Shown piece after piece: positions 19,797-29,872 of a DNA stretch of 64,000 bases. Both the position numbers and the translations under genes were made by a program. Numbering within the stretch: position 1 is the stretch's first letter; each line of letters starts with the position of its first letter. The notes beneath the pieces were generated by a model. It saw nothing but the letters and a program-made list of their open reading frames with translations, was not told the DNA's origin and ran no database searches. The stretch is from an uncultured delta proteobacterium (GTDB taxonomy: Bacteria > Myxococcota_A > Polyangia > Haliangiales > Haliangiaceae): the NCBI GenBank assembly GCA_963848295.1, contig CAWKDB010000010.1, positions 3,264,001 through 3,328,000 on the forward strand. The letters are read 5' to 3'.

Positions 19797-22638
19797 GTGA
19801 GCGCACCGCATGACCCGTGGACGACGATCGAAGCCGAAGCCGTGGATGCGTACCGCGGCGCGGGCAAGTTCCCGCTGCGCGCGTACTCGGAGTTCATGCC
19901 TCCGCCGTACATCGCGATCAAGCCGTATGCGCCGACGCTCGCAGCGGCGTGCGCGACGTTCACCGCCGGTCACGGCGACCAGGTGCACGGCATGGAGAGC
20001 GGCGGGCGTGCCCCGACGCTCGGGATCGACGAGTACGAGCAGGCGCACGACCTCGCGCCGGGGTTCGATCGGATCGGTGCGCGGATCGTCGCGGAGCTCG
20101 GCAAGCTCGTGCGCGGTCAACCCCACGCGCTGTCGAAGACGCTGCTCGAAGGCAATCCGGCGTGGCCGGCCGAGCTCGCCGCCGCGGCGAAGGCGGGCGC
20201 GCTCGCCGACGATCCGCTGATCGTGATCGCGTCGCTCGCGTTGTCGCGCACGCAAGACGACAAGGGTAACGAGCGCTGGACGATGTTCGGGACGAGCCAC
20301 GACGGGCCGGCGCGTGCGATGTGGCACGGCTGCGACGGCCAGAAGCTCGCCGACGTCATGACCTGGGCGGGCGTCTCCGGTGCGTGGAAGCTCCTCGGAG
20401 AGGACGTTCCACCGGCGCTGCGCTCGCACCTGCTCGGCGCGACGCCGATCGGCGAGGTCCGTGCGCTCGTGACGTTCACCCCGTTCGCGCGGCTGCCGCA
20501 GCCGGTGCGAGATGCGTATCTCGCGCGCAAGCTGACGCTGATCCCGACGCCGGCGACGCTCGTGTTCTACGAGCATCCGAGATATCGCGCACTCGCCGCG
20601 GTGCTGCCGCGGGCGACACAGATCCCGCTGCTCCACGTGTTCCCGCGGGTCGAGGCGAGCTGCGCGATCCGGATCCCGCAATCGGGGTGGCTCGACGAGC
20701 GCGACCCGGCGCAGCAGCAGCACGGCCACCGCATCGTCGGCGACATCGCGCGGACTCACCGCTGGCAGCGCGTCGAGCGCGATAGCGATGCGATCCACGG
20801 CGACGGCGCGTACACCGATAAGGTCTCGACCGCGCTGTTCTCGACCGAGCCCGACGACCTCGGGCTCTACGACAAGCCGCTCGCGCGCAACGTCGAGATC
20901 TGGACCGGCGACTACGAGCTGTTGCTCGACGGTCCGCGTGCCGACCGTAGCGCGCTGAAGCGCGCGGCCGGGATCGTCGATGCCGGCGGCCGGTTCGGCT
21001 ACCGCATGGCGTATCCGCCGATGCGCGCGGGGTTGCGCGAGTTGTTCTGGCACGCGCCGGTCGTCGCGAAGCCGGACGGCCGGTTCGTCGATGCGCCGCG
21101 CGGCTACATCACCGCGGAATCACCGAATCGCGAGCCGTTGCTGCTCGAGCCGAAGTTGCTGGCGCGGCCCGTTCATCGCGCGGTCGCGACGCTGTTCGAG
21201 CGCGACCCGGGGCGCGCTCGGCACACGACTGCTCACAACGCACGCAAGTTGCTCGAGATGCATCAGCTGCTCGGCGCCAAGCTCGATCCCGAGCACGCGC
21301 GGGCGCTCGTGCATTGTGCGAAGACCGACTCGCTCGCGGCATGGCTCGACGCGATTCCGGGGCGCGCGTCGGATCGCACGGCCGGCGGCTGGCTCGTCAG
21401 GGAGCTCAGCGCGTGCCTCGGTGCACCGCACGATGCCGGCGAGATCCGGGTCATCGACAAGCTCGGGACGCGCGCGTTCGAGGAACAGATCTGGACGTCG
21501 ATCGCCTCGCTCGCGCACGGCGAGTTCAAGCAGAAGGACAACGCCGACGGCGTCCGCGCGAACAAGGGCAAGCACGGCGGCCCCGCGGCGAAGGCGGCGC
21601 ACGTCGTCGCACACGAGCGCCGCGACCTCGAAGCGCTCGGCGATCACCTGCACGCGCGCTATCGCAAGTTGATCGAAGCGGCAGGCATGAACGGCAAAGC
21701 CGAAGTGGTCGACCACGTGTTTCGCTGGGACAGCGACTTCGACTTTCCGTGGATGGAGGGTTGGGAGAAAAACCAGCAGGGCCCTAAAGAGCGCAACATC
21801 GTGATGATGATCCCCGGTCGCAATCGCGGCGAGGCGATCGTGATGGGCGATCACTACGACACCGCGTACATGGAAGACGTGTACGACGCGGATCAGCGGC
21901 GGCGATCAGCTGCGAGCGGCCGCGTGCGGCGCCGACGACAATCACTCGGCGACGACCGCGCTGCTGCTCGCGGCCGAGCACTTACTTCCGCTCGCCCGCG
22001 CGGGCAAGCTCGAACGCGACGTCTGGCTGATCCACCTGACCGGCGAGGAGTTCCCGTCCGACTGCATGGGCGCGCGCGCGTTGTGTCAGGGTCTGGTCGA
22101 GCGCTCGCTCGCGTTCACCGCGGAAGATGGCTCGAAGCGCGAGGTCGGCCACGTGCAGGTCGTCGGCGCGTTCGTGCTCGATATGGTCGGTCACAACTCG
22201 GACCGCGATCGCGACGTGTTCCAGATCGCGCCGGGCGAGGGCGCCGCCTCCGCGCGGCTCGCCTTGCGCGCGCATCGCGCGAACCGCCGGTGGAACGCGC
22301 TCGCGCAGACGTGGAATCGCGATGCTGCTCGCGGCGAGGCCGGGCGCGCGCAGCGCATGCCGGATCGCACGGTGCCGCCGCCGTTCGCGCACTTGCCGCT
22401 GTTCGGCGAGATCCGCGTCGAGTGGGAGCCGCGGTCCGCGCTGTACAACACCGATGGTCAGATCTTTAGCGACCTCGGCATCCCGGTCGTGCTGTTCATG
22501 GAGAACTACGACATCAGCCGCAAGGGCTATCACGACACGCACGACACGATGGAGAACATCGACCTCGACTACTGCGCGGCGCTCACCGCGATCGCGATCG
22601 AGACCGTGGTCGACTGCGCGTGCTCCGAGGCGCCGTAG
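19797..22638 (+). pseudogene. Large unknown N-terminal region fused to an M28 peptidase; one extra base near 21894-21897
   Basis: Frame 1 ends ...GDHYDTAYMEDVYDAD; the next frame continues GADDNHSAT, TGEEFP, LDMVG, YHDTHDT. Confidence 0.75.
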
Positions 22639-23867
22639 TGGCCACATCGGCCAACCTCGACGTTCGCGCGCACACGAAGAAGCGCGGACTGTTTCGCCGC
22701 AACGCCGACCCCGAAGAAGTCGCCGATCGGCTCGAGCGGATGATCAAGCGGCTCGAGAAGGATGCGGTCGATAAGCTCGGCTGGAAAAAAGACCGCTACA
22801 TCGTCACGCTCGATTTCCATCACGCGGCGCCGAACGTCAAGCTGACGGTCGAGCCCGACGGCGAGCTGCGCGCGCGGGCGACGACGGCCGGCATCGGCCC
22901 GGGCTATCACGCCGAGGTCGTGCAACGCCTCGATCACGTGCTCGAGGAGCTCGAGTTCGTGTGGACCGACAGCGACGACTACGCCACGCATCGCGACGTC
23001 GGCAAGCTCCAGCTCGCGATGGCGACCTGGCTCGCGGAGCTGATGACGGGAGATGATCAGGTCGCGATCGGGATGCCGCCGGAGCACGTGTTTCGCGTCG
23101 ACGCGCCGGTGCTGACCGCGCTGGGCCCGCGCGATGCCGCGTGGCGCCAGGCCGTCGTCGCCGATCCGCTCCGCGCCGCCGACGCGTTCGCGTGGTGGCA
23201 GCCCGAGGCCGCCGGTCATGCCGAGCGCGCGAGCGCGTTGCTCGCGATGTGGCTCGAAGTGCCGTGGCGAGAGCCACTCGATAAAGCCGAGCGCGCGTTG
23301 ATGAAGCGCGTCGATGCCGAGCTGCGGATCGCGCACAAAGCCGATCGCGAGCTCGAGCTGCCGTGGGCGGACTGGGCCGCGATGCTCGGCCACCTCGGCG
23401 TGAACGACAAGCACGCGGATCGCGTGCGCGCGCGCGCCGGCGACGCGCAGCCGACGATCGGCTATCGCCGCTACGACATGGAGGTCGAGCTGTCGGGCGG
23501 CTGGACCGCGGCGATCGGCGGCGGGTTCTTATCGAGCTGGGAAGACGATGGCGCGAAGTTCTGGGCGACCGACGGTGATCGCAGCCTCGAGTTCACGAGC
23601 ATCACCGCGAACGGCGCGCACTCGTCCGACGAGCTGCTCGCGATCGCGCCCGAGCGCTTCGCGGTGGTCGCGCGCCTCGACGAGGGAGAACGCCGCGGCC
23701 GCGCCGAAGCGCAAGATGACAGCGACGGCGTGCACGTCGTCCATGGCCTCATGGCCGAGGCGCCGCACGTCGGGATCTTGACGTGCAAGGGCCGGCCGAG
23801 CGACCAGTCCTGGGCGCTCGCGACCTGGCGCAGCCTGAAGCGCGTCACCGAGAACCCCGACGACTAA
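22638..23867 (+). CDS. Hypothetical protein
   Basis: GTG overlaps the upstream TAG; typical codon bias. Confidence 0.7.
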   Translation: MATSANLDVRAHTKKRGLFRRNADPEEVADRLERMIKRLEKDAVDKLGWKKDRYIVTLDFHHAAPNVKLTVEPDGELRARATTAGIGPGYHAEVVQRLDHVLEELEFVWTDSDDYATHRDVGKLQLAMATWLAELMTGDDQVAIGMPPEHVFRVDAPVLTALGPRDAAWRQAVVADPLRAADAFAWWQPEAAGHAERASALLAMWLEVPWREPLDKAERALMKRVDAELRIAHKADRELELPWADWAAMLGHLGVNDKHADRVRARAGDAQPTIGYRRYDMEVELSGGWTAAIGGGFLSSWEDDGAKFWATDGDRSLEFTSITANGAHSSDELLAIAPERFAVVARLDEGERRGRAEAQDDSDGVHVVHGLMAEAPHVGILTCKGRPSDQSWALATWRSLKRVTENPDD

Positions 23868-25804
23868 TAGGTGAACTGGACCTCGTCGTACGGCGTCGGG
23901 TGGCTGCGTTGCAGCTTCATGGCCCAGATCCGATCGTCGACGCACGACCGCACCGCGGCAGCGGCGACGACGGTCACGGCGACGATCTCGTCGCGCGTCA
24001 GCTCGAGGTCGACCGAGACCTCGGTCTCGGGCGCGAACGCGGCGGCGCGGCAGTTCGCGACGATCCGTCCGATCCGCTCGCGTAGCTCCGGCTCGGCGGT
24101 GCGCCCGATCGATCCGTAGCGGCCGTAGCCGACATCGTCCGACGACGTCGAGAACCTCCCGCTGTGGGTGCTGAACGACATCCCGTCGCCAACGCCGTCC
24201 GCGCCGCCCCACGTCGCGATCAGGCTGAGCTGTCCGTTGACCGCCTCGGCCGCGCGGCCGATCTCGGCCAAGACTCTGTCGTCGGTGACGAGCTGCGTCG
24301 CGCTCAGCTCGCGCGCGAGGTCGCGGCTCCGGGCGGGCTCGGGCCGAAATGCGTACTCGACCGGGTGCGTCCACAGCTCGCCCGCGATCGAGATCGGCCC
24401 GGAGAACCGGTCGCCGTGCTGCCACCACACGCATGATTCGCCGGCGGCGATCGATTCGCAGGTCGAACCGTCGAGGCTGTCCCAAGTCGGCGCGTGGACC
24501 ACGACGTGCTCGAGAGCGACCGGCCGGATCAGCATCGTCGCGTCGGCGTGGCCCTGGTCATCGGCGCGGCCATCGATCGCGATGCCTTCGGTCGCGCGGG
24601 CGAGGGGTGCGAGCGCGAGATCATCGTCGCGGGTCGCCACCCCCGATGCCGTGCACAACGACACCGCATGGACCAGCGTGCCGGTCGGAAGTGCCGCGGC
24701 GAGCTTGGCCTTGTCGAGGCCGGTGATCCGCGCCGCCCACAGCTCATCGCTAAACACGATCGCACGCCGGGTGCCGGTCGCGTGCGCGAGCCACTTCGCG
24801 GCTTCGGCGAGTCCGACATCGACGTTCGAACCATTGCGCAGCTCGAGTTGCGAGAGCTGTCTCGCGATCAGCGGCGCGGCTCGTGCCGCGGTCATCCAGT
24901 CGCCGAGCAACGGCTGCGCGGTGCGCGTCACGACGATGACTTGCACCTTCGAAGTCGGTGCGAGCTTCAAGTACGACGCGACGAGCGCGCTCTGCACGGC
25001 GACCTGCGCTGCGTCGAGCGAGCGCGAGCCGTCGAGCACGAGCACGGTGTGGAGATCGGCCGGCACGTCGGCGAGCTCGCCCGCCAAGGCGAGCTCGACC
25101 CGCGCGAAGTCATCGTCGGCCAACGCGAGGCGGCCGGCGAATCCGCCGATCCGCTGCGGGCCGCTCGGTCGCGTCGCGAGCCCGCGGTCCGCGAAGCCGA
25201 ATACCGCAGGCGTGGCGGTATCACTCGACTCATCGTGACGACACGCGGTGACGACCTTGTCGCGCTCCGGCCGAACGTCGCCCAGCCCGGCCGTCGCGCG
25301 CGTCCAGCGCTGCGGGGCGACGACGTAGCGCGCGTCGCCGAAGAAACACGTCGGCGCGGCGATGTCGATGACGAGCGAGACGTGCGATCGCTTGGCGACG
25401 ATGATCGAAACCTCGAGCTCGTGGAGTCCGCTCGTGATCTCGATGCCCGAGCCGGGGTTGCGTCCGGGCGCGCCTTGGGCCAACCCGGTGAACATGCGAT
25501 CGGCGTCGACCGCCGGCCGGAGCGCGAGCGCGTGCACGACGCCGCCGACCGTCGCGGTCGCCGCGGTCGCTGCGGCGCCGAACGGGAGGTCGATCTGGAT
25601 GTCGCCACGCTCGCTCGGGCGGACGTCGAGCTCGTAGCGGGCGGACAACATCGCGGTCGCCCCGCGCAGCGAACCGCGAACCACGACCGGCGCGAGTGGC
25701 TGGTCGGAATCGGAGTCGGTATCGGCGTGGGCCGATCCGAACGCGGCGACGAGCACGGCGGTGCAGACCAGCGATCGCAACACCTCGTGGGACACCGGCG
25801 TCAC
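23864..25804 (-). CDS. Secreted vWA-domain protein
   Basis: Signal peptide; MIDAS-like VLVLDGSRS, IVFSD. Confidence 0.75.
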   Translation of the reverse strand: MTPVSHEVLRSLVCTAVLVAAFGSAHADTDSDSDQPLAPVVVRGSLRGATAMLSARYELDVRPSERGDIQIDLPFGAAATAATATVGGVVHALALRPAVDADRMFTGLAQGAPGRNPGSGIEITSGLHELEVSIIVAKRSHVSLVIDIAAPTCFFGDARYVVAPQRWTRATAGLGDVRPERDKVVTACRHDESSDTATPAVFGFADRGLATRPSGPQRIGGFAGRLALADDDFARVELALAGELADVPADLHTVLVLDGSRSLDAAQVAVQSALVASYLKLAPTSKVQVIVVTRTAQPLLGDWMTAARAAPLIARQLSQLELRNGSNVDVGLAEAAKWLAHATGTRRAIVFSDELWAARITGLDKAKLAAALPTGTLVHAVSLCTASGVATRDDDLALAPLARATEGIAIDGRADDQGHADATMLIRPVALEHVVVHAPTWDSLDGSTCESIAAGESCVWWQHGDRFSGPISIAGELWTHPVEYAFRPEPARSRDLARELSATQLVTDDRVLAEIGRAAEAVNGQLSLIATWGGADGVGDGMSFSTHSGRFSTSSDDVGYGRYGSIGRTAEPELRERIGRIVANCRAAAFAPETEVSVDLELTRDEIVAVTVVAAAAVRSCVDDRIWAMKLQRSHPTPYDEVQFTY

Positions 25805-25839
25805 CCGAATGGTTTCGGCTTTGGTGTACCGTCCGACCC

Positions 25840-26511
25840 ATGGATTCAGACATGGGCGACATGATGCTCTTCCGCGCGCTTGGCCCGATGATGATGGTCG
25901 TGCCGTTGTTCATCGGCACGATCTTGGGTGGCCCCCTGGTGCTGTACCTCGTGGCGCGCTGGCGGGCGAACCGCGACAAGGTCGTCGACCCTCAGCTCGG
26001 CCAGAAGGTCGCCCTCGGCTACTTCGCGTTCGTCGCACTCCAGCTCGTGCTGATCGGCACGTTCGTCGTCATGTGGATGGTGATGTCGACGATGCCCTCC
26101 GAGGAGCGCGGCGCGTTCTATCGCGTCGGCTTCGGGATCCTCGTGCCATCGGGGCTCGTGCTCGGCATTCACATGTGGCTGCTCGGTCGCACGAATCAGG
26201 TGCTGTTTCCGGGCGTGCGCCGGTTGTTCCAGGGCTACAACTTCTTGACGATCGGCCTGATCGGCCTGATCGCGATCGAGATCGTGTTTCAAGCGCTGTT
26301 CTCGAAGGGCAGCTCGGGGGAGATGGGGCGCGTCGGGGCGGCGCTGTTCCTCGTCTACGGCACGGCCTGGCTCGTCACCGGCGTGATGTTCTCGCAGGGC
26401 ACCGGGAGCGCTTCGCAGCCCGCGCCCGAGGTCGTGACGCCGCCGGGGCCCGACGCGGGCCAATCGCTGCCGCACCTCGGCGACGGTTCCTACCCGCCGC
26501 TGCAGAAATAG
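25840..26511 (+). CDS. Multi-pass membrane protein
   Basis: About five hydrophobic helices and a Pro-rich tail. Confidence 0.75.
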   Translation: MDSDMGDMMLFRALGPMMMVVPLFIGTILGGPLVLYLVARWRANRDKVVDPQLGQKVALGYFAFVALQLVLIGTFVVMWMVMSTMPSEERGAFYRVGFGILVPSGLVLGIHMWLLGRTNQVLFPGVRRLFQGYNFLTIGLIGLIAIEIVFQALFSKGSSGEMGRVGAALFLVYGTAWLVTGVMFSQGTGSASQPAPEVVTPPGPDAGQSLPHLGDGSYPPLQK

Positions 26512-26526
26512 CGCTACCGTTCGCGC

Positions 26527-27171
26527 ATGACGAAAGTTGCGGTGCTCGGCTCCGGCCAGGTCGGCGAGGTCCTCGCGAACGGATTTCTCACGCACGGTCA
26601 TGTCGTGATGCGCGGGTCGCGCGAGCCGAGCAAGCTCGCGGCGTGGCAGGCGGGTGCGAAAGGCGAGGCGAGCACCGGCACGTTTGCGGACGCCGCGAAG
26701 TGGGGCGAGCTGATCGTGCTCGCGGTCAAAGGTGCGGCCGCCGAGGCGGTGATCGAGCTCGCCGGCGCCGCGAACCTCGCGGGCAAGACCGTGCTCGATA
26801 CGACGAACCCGATCAGCGACAAGCCGCCGATCCACGGCGTGATCCAGTACTTCACGACTGGCGAGTCGTTGATGGAGCGGCTGCAGCAAAAATCGCCGAG
26901 GGCCCACTTCGTCAAGGCGTTCAGCTCGGTCGGCAGCGCCTTCATGGTCAACCCGAAGTTTCCGATGACGCCGACGATGTTCATCTGTGGCAACGACGCG
27001 GGCGCGAAGCAGCAGGCGACCGCGATCCTGACCCAGTTCGGCTGGGAGACCGCCGACATGGGCGGCGTCGAAGCGGCGCGCGCGATCGAGCCGTTGTGTA
27101 TCTTGTGGTGCATCCCGGGATTGCTTCGCAACGACTGGGCTCACGCGTTCAAGTTGATGCACCCCGCGTGA
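26527..27171 (+). CDS. NADPH-dependent F420 reductase-like oxidoreductase
   Basis: GSGQVG, LDTTNP, VKAFS, DMGGVEAARAIEP. Confidence 0.88.
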   Translation: MTKVAVLGSGQVGEVLANGFLTHGHVVMRGSREPSKLAAWQAGAKGEASTGTFADAAKWGELIVLAVKGAAAEAVIELAGAANLAGKTVLDTTNPISDKPPIHGVIQYFTTGESLMERLQQKSPRAHFVKAFSSVGSAFMVNPKFPMTPTMFICGNDAGAKQQATAILTQFGWETADMGGVEAARAIEPLCILWCIPGLLRNDWAHAFKLMHPA

Positions 27172-28172
27172 GGCCGCGGCTGTCAGCGATCGCTGTGCTC
27201 GCCGCGTGCGGCTCGCCGACCGCGACGCCGGATAGCCCGCCGCCGTCGCCGTGGAGTCAGGTCGCGACGTTGCCGGCTCCGCGTCTCGAGCCCGGGGTCA
27301 CGGCGCTCGGCGATCAGCTCGTCGTGCTCGGCGGGTTCGACACCGGCCTCGAAGCCGGGCTCGACATCACGACGCGGGTCGACGTGTTCGACACCGCGTC
27401 GGCGACCTGGTCGACCCTGCCCGATGCGCCGGTGTCGTGGACGCATATCCAGCTCGCCGCGGTCGGCACCACGCTCTATCTCCTGGGCGGGCTCGCCGGC
27501 CAGCAGTACGTCGCTCATGGCGAGGCCTTCTCGCTCGACACCTCGACGCCGGGCGCGACCTGGCAATCGCTCGCGCCACTGCCAGCCGGCTACGAGCGTG
27601 GCTCGGCGGCGGTGATCGTCGCGCCGCCGCGGATCTATCTCGCCGGCGGTGCATCGACGAGCGACGCGGTCGCGAGCGTCATCTACTACGACCTGGCGAT
27701 GAACGCGTGGTGCCCGGGCGCCGCATGCACGACGCCTCCGCCTGATCTGCCGAACGGCGGTCGCTCGCATCCCGCCGGCATGCTGCGGCCCGAAGACAAC
27801 GCGCTCGTCGTCGCCGGTGGCTTGATGACCCTCGACGCGACCGAGCCGGCGAGCGACGTCTCGATCCTGCCGCCGCTCGCGATCGCGTGGACGGCGGGCA
27901 CCCCGATGCCGACGGCGCGCGGCGGTTGTGCGTATGGCAACGTCGCCGGCCAGCTGGTCTGCGCGGGTGGCGAAGCGGGCGACGCGGCGCTCGACAACAC
28001 CGAGGCGTGGGATCCGAACACCGATACCTGGACGGTCGAAGCCGCGATGCCCGATTACCGCGCCGGCACGCAAGGCGCGGCGATCGGCGACCGGCTGTTC
28101 GTCCCCGGCGGCGCGGTCAAGCTGGTGTTCGAGCCACTCGACACGGTCTATCAGTACGCGCCGCTGGACTGA
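27168..28172 (+). CDS. Kelch-repeat lipoprotein
   Basis: Lipobox LAAC; repeated GG...Y/W Kelch units. Confidence 0.85.
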   Translation: MRPRLSAIAVLAACGSPTATPDSPPPSPWSQVATLPAPRLEPGVTALGDQLVVLGGFDTGLEAGLDITTRVDVFDTASATWSTLPDAPVSWTHIQLAAVGTTLYLLGGLAGQQYVAHGEAFSLDTSTPGATWQSLAPLPAGYERGSAAVIVAPPRIYLAGGASTSDAVASVIYYDLAMNAWCPGAACTTPPPDLPNGGRSHPAGMLRPEDNALVVAGGLMTLDATEPASDVSILPPLAIAWTAGTPMPTARGGCAYGNVAGQLVCAGGEAGDAALDNTEAWDPNTDTWTVEAAMPDYRAGTQGAAIGDRLFVPGGAVKLVFEPLDTVYQYAPLD

Positions 28173-28242
28173 GCGCGACACCGCCGGCGTCGCGCGGTTT
28201 GGAAGAAAATTAGATCGCGTCGCGCGGCCACGCGTTTGCTCG

Positions 28243-29763
28243 ATGATGAGGTCAACGCTCTTGGCTCTCGCCGTGCTCGGCGCAGCCGCGACTCGCGCCG
28301 ATGCCTTCTGTGGGTTCTATGTCGGCGGTGCCGGCGCGCAGATGTTCAACAACGCGAGCGAGGTCGTGTTGATGCGCCACGGTACGACGACCGTGCTGTC
28401 GATGCAGAACAACTATCAGGGCCCGCCCGAGCACTTCGCGCTCGTCGTGCCGGTGCCGGTTGTGGTCAAGCAAGCGCAGGTCAAGACGTTGCCGCGCGAG
28501 CTGTTCGACAAGATCGACACGCTCGGGGCGCCGCGACTGGTCGAGTACTGGGAACAAGATCCGTGCAAGTCCTACGTCGAGGACCGCTCGATGCCGATGC
28601 CGGACGTGGCCGAGGCCAGCGCGGATGATTCCGCGGAACCGCCGAAGGCCGACGACTACCACGTCAAGATCGAGGCGAAGTTCTCGGTCGGCGAGTACGA
28701 CATCGTCGTGCTGTCGGCGCAGGAGTCGACCGGGCTCGAACGGTGGTTGCATGCGAACCACTACACGATCCCCGACGGTGCCGAGCCGCTACTGCGACCG
28801 TACGTCGAGCAGGGCATGAAGTTCTTCGTCGCGAAGGTCGACCCGAAGAAGGTGACGTTCAAAGCCGGCATGGCGACGCTGTCGCCGCTGCGCTTCTACT
28901 ACGACAGTCCTGACTTCTCGCTGCCGATCCGCTTGGGCCTGGCGAACTCGCACGGGACGCAAGATCTGATCATCAACATCCTCGCACCCGACCTGCGCTA
29001 CGAAGTCGCGAACCATCCGAACGTCACGATCCCGACGAACCTGCCGGTGCGCGACGAAGTTCGCACGCGGTTCGGCGAGTTCTATGCGGCGCTGTTCGAT
29101 CACACGATCGAGGCGGTGCCCGACGCCGTCGTCACCGAGTACTCGTGGGACTCCGGCAGCTGCGATCCGTGCCCGGGGCCGACCCTCGACCCCGAAGATG
29201 TCGCGACGCTCGGAGCCGATGTCATCGGGTCGACCTATAAAGATGCAGACAACGCGAGCTACACGCTGACCCGGTTGCACGCGCGCTACGGCAAAGCCAT
29301 CAAGGACGACCTCGTGTTCCGCGCGGTCGAGCCGATCGTCGGCGGGCGCGGCATCCCGGACCCATCGGGCGCGGTGCCGATGGAAGTGACGCGCGACTCG
29401 ACGAACAACTTCCAGGGCCGCTACATCATCACGCATCCGTGGACCGGACCGATCGCATGCGCCGACCCGCATCGCGGTCAATGGGGCGGCCCGATCGATC
29501 CGTCGCAACAGATCGCGACCCAGGCGGCGACGAACCTCGCGTTCGCGCCGCGCGGCAACCTCCAGCTCGGGGCGATGCTCGCGAAGGACCTGCCGCAGAT
29601 CGGCATCATGTCGAGCATCGGCGCGCACCCGCCGATCCCGCCGCGCCAACCGCAAGGCTGCGGCTGCGCGACCAACGATCCGAGCGCGGGAACGGCGCTG
29701 TTCGGGCTCGTCGTCCTCGCCGTCCGCCGCCGACCATTTAGCGGGGGACGGTGTTCACTTTGA
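28243..29763 (+). CDS. DUF2330 protein with a MYXO-CTERM tail
   Basis: FCGFYV, VGEYDIVVL, FFVAKVD, LPIRLG, LTRLHARY; GCGC-TM-RRR. Confidence 0.88.
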   Translation: MMRSTLLALAVLGAAATRADAFCGFYVGGAGAQMFNNASEVVLMRHGTTTVLSMQNNYQGPPEHFALVVPVPVVVKQAQVKTLPRELFDKIDTLGAPRLVEYWEQDPCKSYVEDRSMPMPDVAEASADDSAEPPKADDYHVKIEAKFSVGEYDIVVLSAQESTGLERWLHANHYTIPDGAEPLLRPYVEQGMKFFVAKVDPKKVTFKAGMATLSPLRFYYDSPDFSLPIRLGLANSHGTQDLIINILAPDLRYEVANHPNVTIPTNLPVRDEVRTRFGEFYAALFDHTIEAVPDAVVTEYSWDSGSCDPCPGPTLDPEDVATLGADVIGSTYKDADNASYTLTRLHARYGKAIKDDLVFRAVEPIVGGRGIPDPSGAVPMEVTRDSTNNFQGRYIITHPWTGPIACADPHRGQWGGPIDPSQQIATQAATNLAFAPRGNLQLGAMLAKDLPQIGIMSSIGAHPPIPPRQPQGCGCATNDPSAGTALFGLVVLAVRRRPFSGGRCSL

Positions 29764-29872
29764 CAACCGCCGTGGCCCGCCGGTTGACAGAGTGAACACC
29801 GTCCCCAGGTAAGTACTTGTCTTGGTTCGGTAGCCGCTGTCGTGCCGGTTGACAAAGTGAACACCGTCCCCC
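29743..29872. repeat. Cluster of three ~26-nt REP-like palindromic repeats
   Basis: GGGGACGGTGTTCACTTTGACAACCG (29744-29769) with inverted copies at 29781-29806 and 29846-29872. Confidence 0.85.

Noticed and set aside
21885..21905. Programmed ribosomal frameshift in the M28 gene
   Set aside because: No slippery heptamer or homopolymer at the break.
29743..29872. Mini-CRISPR array
   Set aside because: Copies are in mixed orientation with unequal spacing, and there are no cas genes in the window.
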